From Octopus sinensis (taxonomy: Eukaryota): a DNA stretch of 64,000 bases. The notes under the pieces were generated by a model that did no database searches, was not told the DNA's origin, and saw only the letters and a list, made by a program, of their open reading frames with translations. The stretch is taken from the NCBI RefSeq assembly GCF_006345805.1, contig NC_043004.1:52328001-52392000 (forward strand), given 5' to 3'. The translations under genes and the position numbers were made by a program. Of the stretch, positions 14,640 to 28,456 are shown in pieces (the first letter of the stretch is position 1; each line of letters begins with the position of its first letter).

Positions 14640-15010
14640 CTCACTGGCAGGAGAAGGCTTTGCATAGCAGATTCCCAAAGATAATAGTAGCAAATAGTAG
14701 TAGTGAGACATCGTTATGGTCGCAGAAATAAGACTGAAGAGGGAGGCAGAAATTTTGTTAGTAGCAGCATAAGATCAAGCATTAAAGACAAATTCGATAA
14801 AAGAGGAGATAGACTAAAGCGAAGAGGGACAAAAGCCAAGTAGATTCCTAAATTAGGCTATGCAAATCAGCAGAGGAAAGCGTTAGTCAAATAGTGACTG
14901 CAGCATGCTGGCACAGAAACAATATAAAGAAAGTCACGATAACCTAGGGAGCTATGTAGAGAGCTAGAATTTGAACATACTGATAAATGGCATGAATATG
15001 AACCTAGTAA
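14640..15010 (+). mobile_element. Second, older R4/Dong-like fragment in opposite orientation
   Basis: Broken frames read W.EKALH, LKREAEILLVAA*DQALKT, ESVSQIV..CSMLAQKQYKESHDNL, DKWHEYEP. Confidence 0.7.
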
Positions 15011-15814
15011 CGCACTAGGAAGCACCTGGTTTCATAATGCCACTCATATTTCAAAGCCATATTTTTTTAAGACAGCCACTGAAAAAATGGTCCAATTCTT
15101 AACGGCTTTAGAAAAGAAGTAGTTTTGTTAAGGTTCATTGTGCTATTATTGCTGCAGCAGGAGTTGTTGTTGTTGTTATTGTTTTCCACTCAATTATTCC
15201 TGTTTTTGTTGTTTTCTATCTTGTTCATGTTACTTTTTTTGTTTTCGATTTTGTTCATCTTGTTGCTGATGTTGTTGTTGATATAGTTGCTGTTATTGTT
15301 GTTTCTGCTGTTTGTGGTAGTGGTGGTGGTGGTGGTGGTGGTGGTGATGGTGATGATGGTTGGTGGTACTGTAGTTCTGGTAGTCATTATCGTTGCCTCT
15401 GGTACTTTTGCAGTTGTTACTCACGTCATAGCAAAAAAGAGGAAATTATATTTCTCTTTGGCGAGGAATTTATTTCTCCTTAGCTACGTTTCTGGTAGGA
15501 GTTACATCAAAACGATGCTCTAGGTCGACTATTATTATTTTGCCCAAATCTGACATTCTTTTTTTAAATTTGAAAAATGAATAGAATCTTGTTTTGCACA
15601 AAAAAGGCAAACAGGCAAAACAATTATTACATTCCCCAAAAGGGAGTGCAATTACACAAAATGTCATCACCATGACCCACGCAATGTAACCAAAATACTT
15701 GTTAACTAAAATTACCAATAAGCTGGCTGCAACCAGCCGAAATGCATGATGAAAAACTTACAAATTACGGAGGGCCCGGCATGTATTACTTCACAATCTA
15801 ACGGCCATAGTAAT

Positions 15815-15995
<181 letters not shown>

Positions 15996-15999
15996 ATGA

Positions 16000-16490
16000 T
16001 TTCTTTTAAAGGCCACAAAGACCCAGACACATGGAGGACAATATCGGAAGACGAGTTACAAAAGAAAGAAGACGAAGAAGAAGAAGAAGAGGAGAAGAAG
16101 AAGAAGAAGAAGAAGAAGAAGAAGAAGAAGAGAAGAAGAAGAAAAGAAGAAGAAGAAGAAGAAGAAGAAGAAGGAGAAGAAGAAGAGGGAGAAGAAGAAG
16201 AAGAAGAAGAAGAAGAAGAAGAAGAAGAGAAAAGAAGAAGAAGAAGAGAAGAAGAAGATATATTTATCAAAAGTACCACTCGATGGTACCAGTTGATGAG
16301 TGGTACCCGTGCGAGCGGATACGACCACTCGGAAGGCCTCCACGACGGTAGAGTTACGATTTCAAGAGGGCGATTGGGATCTCGTGTATGAGAAAGGCGC
16401 GATCTAGAGAGGAGTGGACAGCGTGCTGTGACCAGAGTCGTCATTTGAACGCCCGACGGACTGGTCAGTCAAATTGATCAAGGTGATTTA
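16000..16490 (+). mobile_element. RTE-like LINE 3' remnant interrupted by (GAA)n
   Basis: Peptide PVDEWYPCERIRPLGRPPRR matches the RTE C-terminal W.P...R..GRP..RW pattern; later SREEW echo. Confidence 0.55.
16060..16260. repeat. ~200 bp (GAA)n polypurine tract
   Basis: Direct reading. Confidence 0.95.
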
Positions 16491-16499
16491 CCAAAAGTA

Positions 16500-17110
16500 G
16501 ATAAAAATATCTTGAAATACTAAAGAGTAAATTCATTTGATAAAATCGCAATTGACTTCAACCATGGCCTTCAGATGACTTCGGAATCTCCCGCAACTCT
16601 TCTGGACGTAAGTGAATTCTGTCATAATCCTTGCCTTTAGGTTATCTTTGGTGTTACAAGGAGTTTTTGGTCACACGCTCAACTGTGCCCCACACATAAT
16701 AATCAAGGTGGTTTGCACTCTGGATAGTTAGCTGGCAAGATGTCTGGGTTCTCCTGCTTGTGTGGTATGGTACAGTCCTGTTGCCAGACACAAAGCTATC
16801 CAGGGTAGCACTACCTCATTCAAGCACATGATGTAGGCCTCTATGTTGAGTGTGTGGCCGTATGGGAAGGCGAATGGAGGCATGACGTCGCCATCACTAC
16901 AGATATGATAACTCCAAGCATCATGACGTTGACAGGATGTGTGATTTGTATCAACCTCGGTACGTGTCCTCAGATTGCATTGTTCTCAGCTTGACGCACA
17001 AACACAGACGTGTTCTTTGAGGAGCATCCGGCGTGAATGCCAAGCAGTACAGTAGGTCGTTTCCAAAATTCTGACAGTGAAATGCCTCATGGTGGCGTTT
17101 GTCACACAGA
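16500..17110 (-). mobile_element. maT/DD37D-type Tc1/mariner transposase remnant
   Basis: Minus-strand fragments HPVNVMMLGVI..SDGDVMPPFAFPYG..LNIEAYIMCLNEVVLPW, DYYVWGTVER, GRFRSHLKAMVE. Confidence 0.8.
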
Positions 17111-17223
17111 CAAACCACCCAGTCGATCCCATGTGTAGTCGACAAAATCAAAAACAAATATGCGCATGCGCGAAATTAAAAATATGAAATGCGACAATTT
17201 ACCCATCGCACGTTCTCCCCCCC

Positions 17224-17258
<35 letters not shown>

Positions 17259-17801
17259 CACGCACACACACACACAAAATCATATATATATATATGTATA
17301 TATATATACATATATTCATGTAGATATATAAGGAAGTTCATATCTATATATACACGCACATTTAAGTATCTCCTAAGTGTATCTCAATGTATATATATAT
17401 ATATATATAATATGTATATATATATAATGATAAGATATATATCTATATTATATATAATACATTTATACATGTGTACATATCTATATACATATCTATGTGT
17501 ATCTATCTGTATTCATATATGTATGCGTTCACAAATACATGTGTATATATATGTGTATATATATATATACATATATATACATATATATACATATATATAC
17601 ACACATATTATATATATATATATATATATATACATACATACATATATACATATAATAATATATATATATACATATATATTTATGAATGTATATAATGAGG
17701 TTTATTACTACATGAATCTTGCATTAATATAATAATTAAATATCAATATCATATCTTATCAAATTCATTTATGAAAGAAATTATAGCATACCTTCATTCT
17801 T

Positions 17802-17874
<73 letters not shown>

Positions 17875-20800
17875 CTCGGAAGGCAACAGAAAACAAAAAA
17901 AGAATAATAATTACCAATAGGAAAGCGGAGAAATTGATGTTCAAGTTGGTTATCCAAATTGAATAGCTATTTGCTTAAACTAATACAATTAAGTGTATAT
18001 TTGAGTCTATTTAGAAACTCATTGAACGTGCCAGCTTAAAGTAATTATAATATTCCCGATAATATTACGACTGGGACATTTCAAAACCGATTTTTGTTTT
18101 CTTTTCTCTCCATATTACTTGTGTTCTTGCCTTCCTTTTCGAATGTTTTTATATTTTGTTTTAGCCTTTTACAGCGTTCATGTCACTTTTGATAAGTTAA
18201 ATATGGCAGTGAACACGGAATGATATTGAAAACATTTTCAAAGGAAAGTAAATAGGCGAGAATCGTAAAAATTGCTGATCAAATTCTATGAGTGGTGTGA
18301 ATTTAGAAGAGAAGAGCAGAAATATATATATGTGTGGATGACGTGCGACGTATTGGGGTAAAATGTACGAATTTAAGGTCTGTATTTATTGATGTATAAG
18401 ACCAGTGTATTGATTTAGAAACTTTTGTCTTGCAGTTCTATAAGAAAAAATTATCAATGATTGCTAAATCTGGTGGTCATTGAAACAGAGATCGGTTTGT
18501 AAAGCGCTTAATTATTTCGTTGGTCAGTGACTTCAGTGGATGAAGAGCTATGATGGTGTCGAAAGACCTCGATATAAGCAGTGTTCAACAGCTGCTGTGA
18601 ATTAAAATCTGTATTTGCAAATTACTGCCTGCATTGACCAGCGTAAGTGCTATAGAGGTAATTCATATATGTTGTGGTTAATGGCAGGTTTGAGACAAAA
18701 ACAAGTGTAGTTGGTTAATATCTGCAAATATTAGTAGCTGCTCTTAATTAACCCTTTGCCTGTACAAGGTATATCAATAAGTTTCTAAATGGCCATAGTA
18801 CGACTGTTAGTACGAATTTCTTTCGTATGTTCTAAGTACCATAATGCTTTCCGTTCATATGTACAATGTAATTGCGTGATCGAAAAAAATATACTGGGAA
18901 TGATTAATAAATAGGATGCTTACAGAGTAGGGAAATATATTCTGTATCACATGTGATACAGGACAAGCAACGGTCTAAGAGCTGTAGGTTAGTACCTATT
19001 GTGACCAGTGGTTGTAGCGTCAAATAAACGAAATAATTTGTTGCATGTCTCCAGAGGTCAGGGGTTGCAGTAGTGAGTAGTTTTGGGTGTAAATTGTCTT
19101 AACTTTGACCTGTGGTAGACATAGATGATTGCAGTCACTAGTGAATGAAACGATTTGTGCTGCGGCATTAAGTAGCAACTAGTATAAACGTAGTAGCAAA
19201 TAATTGTAACAGTGATTGAATTCTTCGATGACGGGTGATATTGAGAGAAAATTCAGATAATGGATCATTCATTTACTTGTATGTTTAGTGGCATTTCAGT
19301 ACCAGTGGTGATTGTGGTGATGTTGTTAAAATGACTATTCAGTAGTGGTATGCTGCTTCTATCGGTCGTATTCATGGCGCTGTTTGTAGTCGTGATGGTA
19401 GTTTTCTGTGGTGTTGATAATGTTGGACGCTTGAGTTTAATGGAAAACTGAGAAGCTATATCGTATAAAATGAAACAGCTTACAATTTTCATCAGTTCAA
19501 TAACTTCGCTCGTTCTACGTCTTGTTGACCTCTTTGTCTGCCTACCCACTCTTTCTCTCTCTCGCTTATTTTGGTAGTCTTTCACTTTGTCTCGTTCTCA
19601 CTTGGGCTGATTGTCGCCCCTCCCACTCTGTTTCTCTTTTTTTCATTAGCTACAGGCTATTTCATACGGGAACTCAATTACCAGCAATATTCTCAGAATG
19701 TTCCAGTCAGTTTCATTTAGTTAAAGGAAAATCTGCTCCTGGTGACGGGAGAGACGATGAATTTGAAAGAAACTAAGGTTACTATTTTAATTATACTTTA
19801 GTTACCCTTGACCTCAAGAAGTTAGTCTCTTCAACTTAACAATAAATTATAATGATGCTTTCGATAATATTAAATTTGATCTCCAGTCACAGATTCACAG
19901 CTAGTTCTGATCAGAATACAAACGCATGCAATCACATTCAGACTCACGCGCACACAGACACACGCGCATAGACAGTCACACATACACGACCCCCCCCACC
20001 ACCACCACATACACACACACACACATAAATACACACAAATGCACATACGCTCGCAGGCATTCACACTGATATATAAACACAAGCACAATGCAACAAAGTG
20101 AAATAGCTCGATACAAAACACCAACAAATTATATATCCTGTACCTTGTTTTTCTGTTGTAAATGTTTTTCCCGTTTTCGTTCTCGTCCTGTTCCACGTCT
20201 CTGTCCTTCTGTTATAAAAAAAAAATGTCTATTCCGTTTTCGTTTTTCTTGAGTTCTACGTCTTTTTGTGGTGTCCTGTACGTATATATATTTATATATG
20301 CATATATATATATATACATGTAGATGTAGGTACGTACATATATGTTTGTATGTATGCATATATTTTATTTATTACACTATATATATATATATATATGTAG
20401 TAGAATATGAAACTGAAAATCGTTGGTACAGTATTATATATTTGAAAATAATGAATAGAAATGGCTTTTCTGATAATGTTTTCCCTTTGATAATTAGATG
20501 TTTGCTAATCATTGGGTGATTTAAAACGTTCCTGTATTTAAAAATACAAAGTCGTTTATAATCAAAAATATTTTATGATACAAAGTGAACGTCTAAAAGT
20601 AATAAAGATGAGAGTATTAAGATTGTTATGCTATATAAAGTGTTAAACAGTTATAGAAGGCACGTTAGTAACTCGAGATTTGATGAGTATATAAATGGAT
20701 TGACTTCTTGTCTCTGTAGCATTATAAGTTTGACTAGAGAAAGGTGCCGAAACATCTCCCATTCAGCCCTGAAGACCTCATAATACTATTAGAGACCGGT

Positions 20801-21044
20801 ATGTGGAGCTTTCAGCTATTACCACTTGTTTCTGCAAGTTGTTTGCAAATAATACTGTATGTATGTTGTGTTTTGAGATTTTAAAAATACTTATATTTTG
20901 ATTTGAAGTCGGTCGCTAATAAAGTGAAAATATTTTTTTCAATTTATATACGTATGTATGTATGTATGTATGTATGTATGTATGTATGTATGTATGTATG
21001 TATGTATGTTTAAGGTATTTTTGTTGTTGTTGGCATCCTTTTAT

Positions 21045-21450
21045 CTCGGGAGACAACGGAGTTGTGCATAAACTAATCCAGCCTGTTTTTTACATTTCAT
21101 GTCCTCTCCGGTTTCCTCTCCACTTTTGCGCAGGCCTGAGCTAGCTGTAAGAAAATCCTGGGTATCCCAATCGTCAGGATTCCTCTCTCGACCTTGCTGA
21201 CGAAGTCCAAAGGAGTGCAGAGCATTATGTTTGGCACCAGCTTAGTTTCAGGAGCAGCCGGAAGTGTGTCGAGTCGAACACTAAAATGCCTACGGAGCTC
21301 TAATCCGGATTTCTTTGAAGGTTGTCTCATTTCCGTAACCCTGGATAGGGGCCCATACCGGGTACTCTTCGCCGGAGCCAGCTGAGTCCCGGACTTGTGT
21401 TAGGCAAGGTCGTCTCTCCATGGAGTAGTGAAGAAAATCGCTACCCACTA
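21045..21450. other. GC-richer complex segment, probably a retroelement 5' region
   Basis: Composition contrasts with its flanks; no convincing ORF; family not identified. Confidence 0.3.
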
Positions 21451-21498
21451 CCTATGTATGATATTAATTCCGTGTTATTTCAATATTTCCTGCCAAAA

Positions 21499-21720
21499 AG
21501 GCGGCGAACTGGCAGAAACGTTAACACATCGGGCAAAATGATAAGCGCTATTTCGCCTGTCTTTACGTTCTGAGTTTAAATTCCGTCGAGGTTGACTTTG
21601 CCTTTCATCCTTTCGTTGTCGATAAATTAAGTACCAGTTGCGTACTGGGATCAATCTAATCGACTGGCCCCCGCCCCCTCCAAATTTTCGGTCTTGTGCC
21701 TAGAGAAGAAAAGAATATTT
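21499..21720 (+). mobile_element. SINE family B
   Basis: ggcggcgaactggcagaaacg...gagtttaaattccgtcgaggttgactttgcctttcatcc...taagtaccagttg. Confidence 0.85.
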
Positions 21721-21887
21721 CTTGACAATACAGAAAGATCTGGTTGCAAACCTAGATCCAAGTATCCTTCATCGGTCTCTCATTCGGTGTTTGACTGACT
21801 GTTGCAGTTGATTTCTAATGTAATAAAATTAGGTCGTATAACAATGGCATCCGCCTATGCTCACGAAATATCTTCAACCGGCTATAT

Positions 21888-22295
21888 ACTCTTTTACTCT
21901 TTTACTTGTTTCAGTCATTTGACTGCGGCCATGCTGGAGCACCGCCTTTAATCGAGCAACTCGACCCCGGGACTTATTCTTTTGTAAGCCCAGTACTTAT
22001 TCTATCGGTCTCTTTTGCCGAACCGCTAAGTAACGGGGACATAAACACACCAGCATCGGTTGTCAAGCAATGCTAGGGGGACAATCACAGACACACAAAC
22101 ACACACACGCATATACATATATATACATATATACAATGGGCTTCTTTCAGTTTCCGTCTACCAAATCCACTCACAAGGCTTTGGTCGGCCCGGGGCTACA
22201 GTAGAAGATACTTTCCCAAGGTGCCACGCAGTGAGACTGGACCCAGAACCATTTGGTTGTTAAACAAGCTACTTACCACACAGCCACTCCTGTGC
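21888..22295 (-). mobile_element. SINE family A, full length
   Basis: High identity to 2412-2803; (taaaagag)n tail. Confidence 0.9.
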
Positions 22296-23126
22296 CTATG
22301 TGCGATTTGTTTTGATACTTGTTGAAGTTCCAAAATGATCGAAGTTTTGATATTCTGGTGGATAGAAAAATCTGAATGTCAATTACGTGCAATGCAAGTA
22401 ATGAGAGGACATTTTTGTGTACAGAGTGGATAACTAGAAAAAGATTGAAAGCAAATATGGTTTTATGGGATTAGAATTCTATCATTTATCGACTCCTTTA
22501 CTGAGCAGGCTTATCAGTCTATTCAAACTAATCTGATGTAGTATAATAAAAATGTAAGCGACCACTGCAATACCAATTATAGAGACTGCTGTGAAACCCT
22601 TCTTTATCGTTGATCCTTCTAGTTAGTTTCATGACGTCAAGAATCTGTCAGCTTCACTTTTAACCACAGAGCAGACCACGAGATTATGATACAAATTACG
22701 CTATATGAACGATTCATACACTTACACAATGCTATTGCAACATAGTTTAGCCATCCTCTCATTCTAATTCGCTATTTTTGTTGACCAAAATGCCATTTCC
22801 AATTAAATCCTTATATTCTTGGAATCTTTCTATTGACAATGTTATGCTAATTTACTTATATTTCTTAACTTACATTTGCCATTTTTTTCTCACTATACGT
22901 TTTCATTTACATTTTGTATACCTTCCATATCTTTTCACAGTCGCAATACCCTATTTCGTTTTTTATTCCTTCACATTTATACGCCACTCTCGGTCTATTT
23001 ATCTTTCTATCATTATCTTTTGACATAACTTTCACTCTAGCGTGTTCATTCTCTTCCTCTCACATTTTATTTTCCTTTCTCATCTTCCGAATTACCGATA
23101 CATACGTAATGCATACGTAATATATC

Positions 23127-23170
<44 letters not shown>

Positions 23171-23419
23171 GGTGTGTGTACGCGTGCGAGTGCGTATCTT
23201 TGCATCGTATTATATATCTCCACATCTACTACCTATCATTCTCTCTGTGCACATATTCATTAATACGCATACATACATTTACACACGTATGTACGTAGAA
23301 ATACACAGGCACACAGGTACACTTAAACATACACACTCACATACACCCACACATACAAATACACACATATTTACTCACTCTCTTCCTCTATCTACCTAAC
23401 TGTCTATCTATCCACCTAC

Positions 23420-23429
23420 CCTACCTACA

Positions 23430-23508
<79 letters not shown>

Positions 23509-23509
23509 G

Positions 23510-23582
<73 letters not shown>
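23420..23582. repeat. (TATC)n microsatellite
   Basis: Direct reading. Confidence 0.95.
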
Positions 23583-23583
<1 letters not shown>

Positions 23584-23900
23584 ACACTGTGATACACGAT
23601 CCCTATTGATCGTTTTTTTCCTCTTCCCCTTTTTTTCCCCTTTTGTCTTCTATTTTTATTTCTCTTTTCATTTGTTCCTTTTCCTTTTCTTTTTCTTTTT
23701 TTCTTTTTTTTTTTTTTTTTTTTTTTTGCTTTTTTTTGTTCTTTTCTTCCCTTTTACGATCCCTCTTAATCGAAAACCTACGCCACCCTCTTTTTTTCTT
23801 TTGTTTTTTTGTTTTTTTCATCCCCCAAAAGAAAAGCTCTACCTTGTAACTTGTCCCATCTGTGTGCAGCCCTGTGTGGCTAATAAAGAAGCTTATCTCT
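23583..23900 (+). mobile_element. 3'UTR-only stub of a Tx1-like LINE family
   Basis: Begins after (TATC)n; T-rich body; CGATC-loop-GATCG hairpin motifs at 23597 and 23757; AATAAA at 23882; near-identical to the reverse complement of 30713-30850. Confidence 0.75.
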
Positions 23901-23922
23901 CTATATATATAAACATACTTGC

Positions 23923-23978
<56 letters not shown>

Positions 23979-24084
23979 AATATATATACGTACATAGATA
24001 TAGATACATACATTCATATATATATATATATACATATATACATATATATACATACAAACATACATATATACATATATATATACA

Positions 24085-24466
24085 CTAGCAGTATCGCCCG
24101 GCGTTGCTCAAGTTTGTAAGTGAAATAACTATAAACCATTTTTAGAGAGTTATAGCCAAAAAATAGCAAAAAAATGGAAAGAAATTATGGTAAATTTTTT
24201 TTTAGTTAAAAAAGGTGGAGTTGCGTCCCTTAGACAGTTTGCGGTTTGTGTTTCTGATTCTCGACCCCATGTCGAATTTATCGATTTTTTTCAGAACTGG
24301 GGGAACTTTTCAAAATTTTCGCTGCGTTAGTTTTGAATTATGACATTGGGCTATGTGTGTGCCAAGTTTCATCAGAATCGGTTGAAAGCCGTGGTCAGGG
24401 TGAGGGTACAAGCAAACAGACACACAGAAACACGCACAGACAAACTGCCGTTTATATAGAGAGAGA

Positions 24467-24469
<3 letters not shown>
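24085..24469 (-). mobile_element. Non-autonomous Helitron
   Basis: Minus strand starts A|TC(ttctctctctatataaa...), ends gcaacgccgggcgatactgCTAG|T with a short GC palindrome before CTAG; internal ccgattctgatgaaacttggcaca. Confidence 0.8.
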
Positions 24470-24502
<33 letters not shown>

Positions 24503-24574
24503 AGAGAGAGAGGATGATATATTGCTTGATTGTTAGATAAATGGATAGAAAGACAGATAGACACAAATAAAATT

Positions 24575-24576
24575 CT

Positions 24577-24617
<41 letters not shown>

Positions 24618-24618
24618 A

Positions 24619-24675
<57 letters not shown>

Positions 24676-24684
24676 AGATAGATA
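24575..24684. repeat. (GATA)n tract at the LINE 3' end
   Basis: Direct reading. Confidence 0.95.
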
Positions 24685-24831
24685 ACTTTTTATTGTAGCC
24701 ACACAGAGCTAAACACAGAATAAAAATGGACGAAATACAACGTAGAACTTTTTATTTTCGTGGTGGGATGGGTGGGGCACAAAAAAAAGTTTGATCAATA
24801 GGATCTGTGGGTTGTGTGGTGTATAAAAAAG

Positions 24832-24868
<37 letters not shown>

Positions 24869-24984
24869 TCACTGTTTAGGTGTAGCCTTGGAAAGAAAAA
24901 CCTACAAAAAAGACCGAGGTCACCTCGGACAATTCGAAAAAGAACACATGAGTAAGTCGCCTTACTTCTCGTTGTCTCTTTTGG

Positions 24985-27900
24985 TTACAGATTTATGCTT
25001 AAAATAGTGTCGTCTTTCATACTGACCATTTTTGCCACTTTTACCCACTTTTTATTAAAACATTCGTTCGACAAAGCCTTCTTCTCTATTCTCATCCTCC
25101 GTTTCAAGTGGTACTTGAAAAAGTTGACGAGAGACTGACCAGAGAGGAAGGTGTTTGTTTGCAGTCCTTTCAAACGCGTCCACCACACACATTCTTTCGC
25201 CATAGCCATCAGCGTAACGAAAACCGTTTTCCCTTCCCGTTTAAAGGAAGGTGGTGGAACAATATTTACGATAGACTCGGCCGATAGGCGAGCCCGACCT
25301 ACACGTGACAACAGCTGTTCGACGAAGGACCACAGCTCTGAAATATCTGAACACTGCACGAGTGCGTGCAGAACGGTTTCGTCGCTCTGACCGCATCTCG
25401 GGCAGGTCGGTCCGGTGATGGTTTTCGAACCATGTCTGTAGCTCTTCTCTCGAACAGGTAGTGCGTCTCGATAGCACTGCCAAGCCAGGGATTTCTGGAA
25501 GTTATCCATAGGCCCCGGCCCGAACGTCGTCCTGAACAGGCGGGTTAGGAATTTCTCGAAGACGCCCAGGTTTGCCCCGAGTGTGTCGTCGGACCGCCCC
25601 TCCACTAGTCCTCTATAGAACGCTTTAGTCGTTTGTAAGTTGCACAAGTTTGACCCCGGTCGGCAGAGCTGCTGTAGAGCTTGGCGACACTCTCGGTGCC
25701 AATCGCCCAGTTTCGGTCTCTTTTTGATCCACGTTTGCAGTTCGGTCAGTGAGACGAGCTGCGGGAAGTCGCGCCTCACAAACGGCGCCCACACCTGTTC
25801 ACCGTCGTCGATGAAGTTCCAGAGATGTCGCAGTCTCAGCGCATGCCTGCGCATCATCAACCACGGCATGCCCAGTCCTCCATTCAACGGATGTTGACAG
25901 CAAATGGACTTCCTCACAATCGGAACGCCACCCTTCCACAGGAAGCGGAAGAGTATGCGTTCCAGTTTGGTAATGGTGGCGTCGGGACAAGGTACGACGG
26001 TCAGGCAGTAATCGATGACAAATGCGATGTACGCGTTCGCCACCTCCGCCCGGCCTTTTAGAGACAGCTTTCTCTCGGCCCATGTTTGGCTGAGAGCGAC
26101 CAGTCTACTCGTGATCTCGTCCCAGTTCTTATCCATTTGGAGATCCGGACTGAACCAGACCCCGAGCAATTTAACCGGTCCGTCCGTCCAGCGTCCCACT
26201 ACTGAGCCGCAGTCGGGCGGCATGGGCTTGCTTTTCCAGGTACTGAGTAGCAAACCCACTGACTTTTCCGGGTTAATCTTTGCTCCCGTCACCGTTTCGT
26301 ATTTTCTTAGTGTCTCGCCTATCATCTTGATGTGTTTGTCGCTCGACACTATGACGGTGACATCGTCCGCATATGCCGACACGCTCGTCCCGCAACCCAG
26401 TTCCCGTGGGATGCCCCTCAGTGTCGCCAGCTTCAGCAGTAGCGGCTCGAGAGTCAATACATACAGAAGCGCCGACAGGGGACACCCCTGACGGACCGAA
26501 CGCGTGATGTCAAACGGCTTCGACAGGTGACCGTTCACCCGAATCACCCATCGGATGCCGCTATACAAGGCAGCGATCCAACCGCGGAAGACGGGACCGA
26601 AGCCAGCCGCCCTGAGGACGGCCGCCAAGTACCAATGGTCGACCCTATCGAAGGCTTTAGACTGATCCTAATTTATCAGCGCCCCACCCATGCCAGGATC
26701 CTTAACTACCCTGTCCACAATGTAGCGCATCAGATGGAGGTTTTCATGTATGGTTCTGCCCGGCACGGCGCATGTTTGCGCCCTGTCGACCAGTTTACCA
26801 ATGACAAGCGCCAACCTCTCGGCTATTACTTTGGCCAAAATTTTCAAATCTGCGTTGAGCAGAGTGATGGGCCTGAAATTATCTATAAAATTCCCCTTGT
26901 TTGGGTCTTTCCTCAGCAACGTCACTGCACCTCGGCTCACGAAACCGGGGATTCTCCCGTTTTGTTGCCAGTTGCAGTAGACTGATGCCAAGAGGTCGCC
27001 AAACAAGTCTGGCATTTGACAATACAGCTCGTAGGGTAAACCATCCAATCCAGGCGACTTATCCCTCGCGCAGCCCGCCATCGCATCCCACACGTCAGCG
27101 GCTGTGATGGGACTTTCACAACACTCCGCTTCTCTTGCCGAGAGCCGCGGCAGGTCGGTCAGGTAGGCACTGAAATCCATCCCGCGTTCCGACCCACCAC
27201 TCGCACCAAACAGTCGAGCAAAGTGCTGTTGAAAGGCCTCACACATTCTTTCGGGTTCGAGTAAACTGCATCCCTGTTGATCTATTAGAGACAGAATGGT
27301 GTCTCTGTTGCCACGCTGCGCCTCCGCTACCCGGGCCTCTCGCGCAGCTTCGATCCCTTCGTTCCTTAAGGCACGCATTTTAGCTCTGACGACGCAACCT
27401 TCGTGTTTGGCGTTGAGGTGTTGGTCGAGGGCCATCCTCGCAGCCAGCACGTTGGTTGCGCTGCCAGTGGTAAGTGCCTCTTCTAGTTTCTCAACCAAGT
27501 CTCCCTCTACTCTATTTCATTCTATCGCTAATTCCTTGCTAAACCTAATTGATTCCGATTTTATTGCCATTTTTAGGGCGTACCACCAGTTAACGACGGC
27601 TCCCGTCAGCGCCCTCTTAATTAACTCGCTAATCCGGTTCCTGTAAACCTGTCGCGCTAACAGCGACGTGTTCAGTTTCCAGTAACCGGGACCCTGCCTA
27701 TGTGTTTTATCTAAGTCGAGCGTACACGTAAGAAATTTGTGATCTGTGTAGCTGACTATTTTAAATTGTGGACATCCTACACTATCCCTATCCGCTGTCC
27801 TGCATAGAATTCTATCTAGATAAGATCTCGACGATCCGACGCGGTTTGTCCAAGTCCACGTTGGCACGTTCGGATGGTCGAGTCGGAACCTGTCAGACAA

Positions 27901-28382
27901 ATGGAAACGTCTGAGCAGGTCTTTGAGGCTCTTACACCCCCTTCTATTCCTATCCCTTCCCACATAATCTCGATGCGTGTCCAAGGTAGCGTTCCAGTCC
28001 CCTACTAACAGTAAAGGTCTAGACGTACCCAGGAAAACCTCTAGACGTCTGAAGAAATCCGCCCGACCCGTTAAGGACGGTGCATAAACTGCCATCAGAC
28101 GGAATGCACACCCATTTCTGCCATCCACGTCCAAGACAACCAGCCTACCCTCCGGGTCTAGGAATATTGCTCTTACTTTTACATTTAGACTCTTTCGAAA
28201 AAGCGCCGCGGTACCTCCACCACCCATGTTCGGCAGACAGGAAGAAAAATAAATGTCAAATTGATTGCCAAACATGGATTCGAGGGCCCGCGGCTTACTG
28301 AGTCTAGTTTCACTGATAGCTACTATATCCACGTTCCAAGCCGACGCCAAGCCACGCGCATTCACCAACCTAATTTAAGCAT
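24985..28382 (-). pseudogene. LINE ORF2: APE endonuclease + reverse transcriptase + C-terminal Cys finger
   Basis: The three track ORFs (27517-28368, 26668-27498, 24985-26628) are one frame split by two stops (TGA 27517-19; TAG 26668-70 in LIN*DQSKAFDRVDH). Motifs: VYAP, GDWNA, LDRI, TDH, KSPGLDG, FRPITLLNAD.KI, QGCPLS, YADD, CPRC..ETVLHALVQC. The true start is probably ATG 28382 (MLKLG..VNARGL), with a 1-bp deletion just after it. Confidence 0.95.
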
Positions 28383-28456
28383 ACTTGACATTTACGAAAA
28401 TTGTGTTTTACACACTACATTAGAAGAGACAAGAGGCAAGAGGGGAGGTCACTTAC

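Noticed and set aside
19620-19780. Possible host exon after a pyrimidine tract and AG
   Set aside because: No recognisable protein, an in-frame stop, and no strong donor site.
20765-20812. Hammerhead-like CTGAAGA-hairpin-ACCGGTA
   Set aside because: GAA of the GAAA box is missing and helix I barely pairs. At most a relic; not supportable alone.
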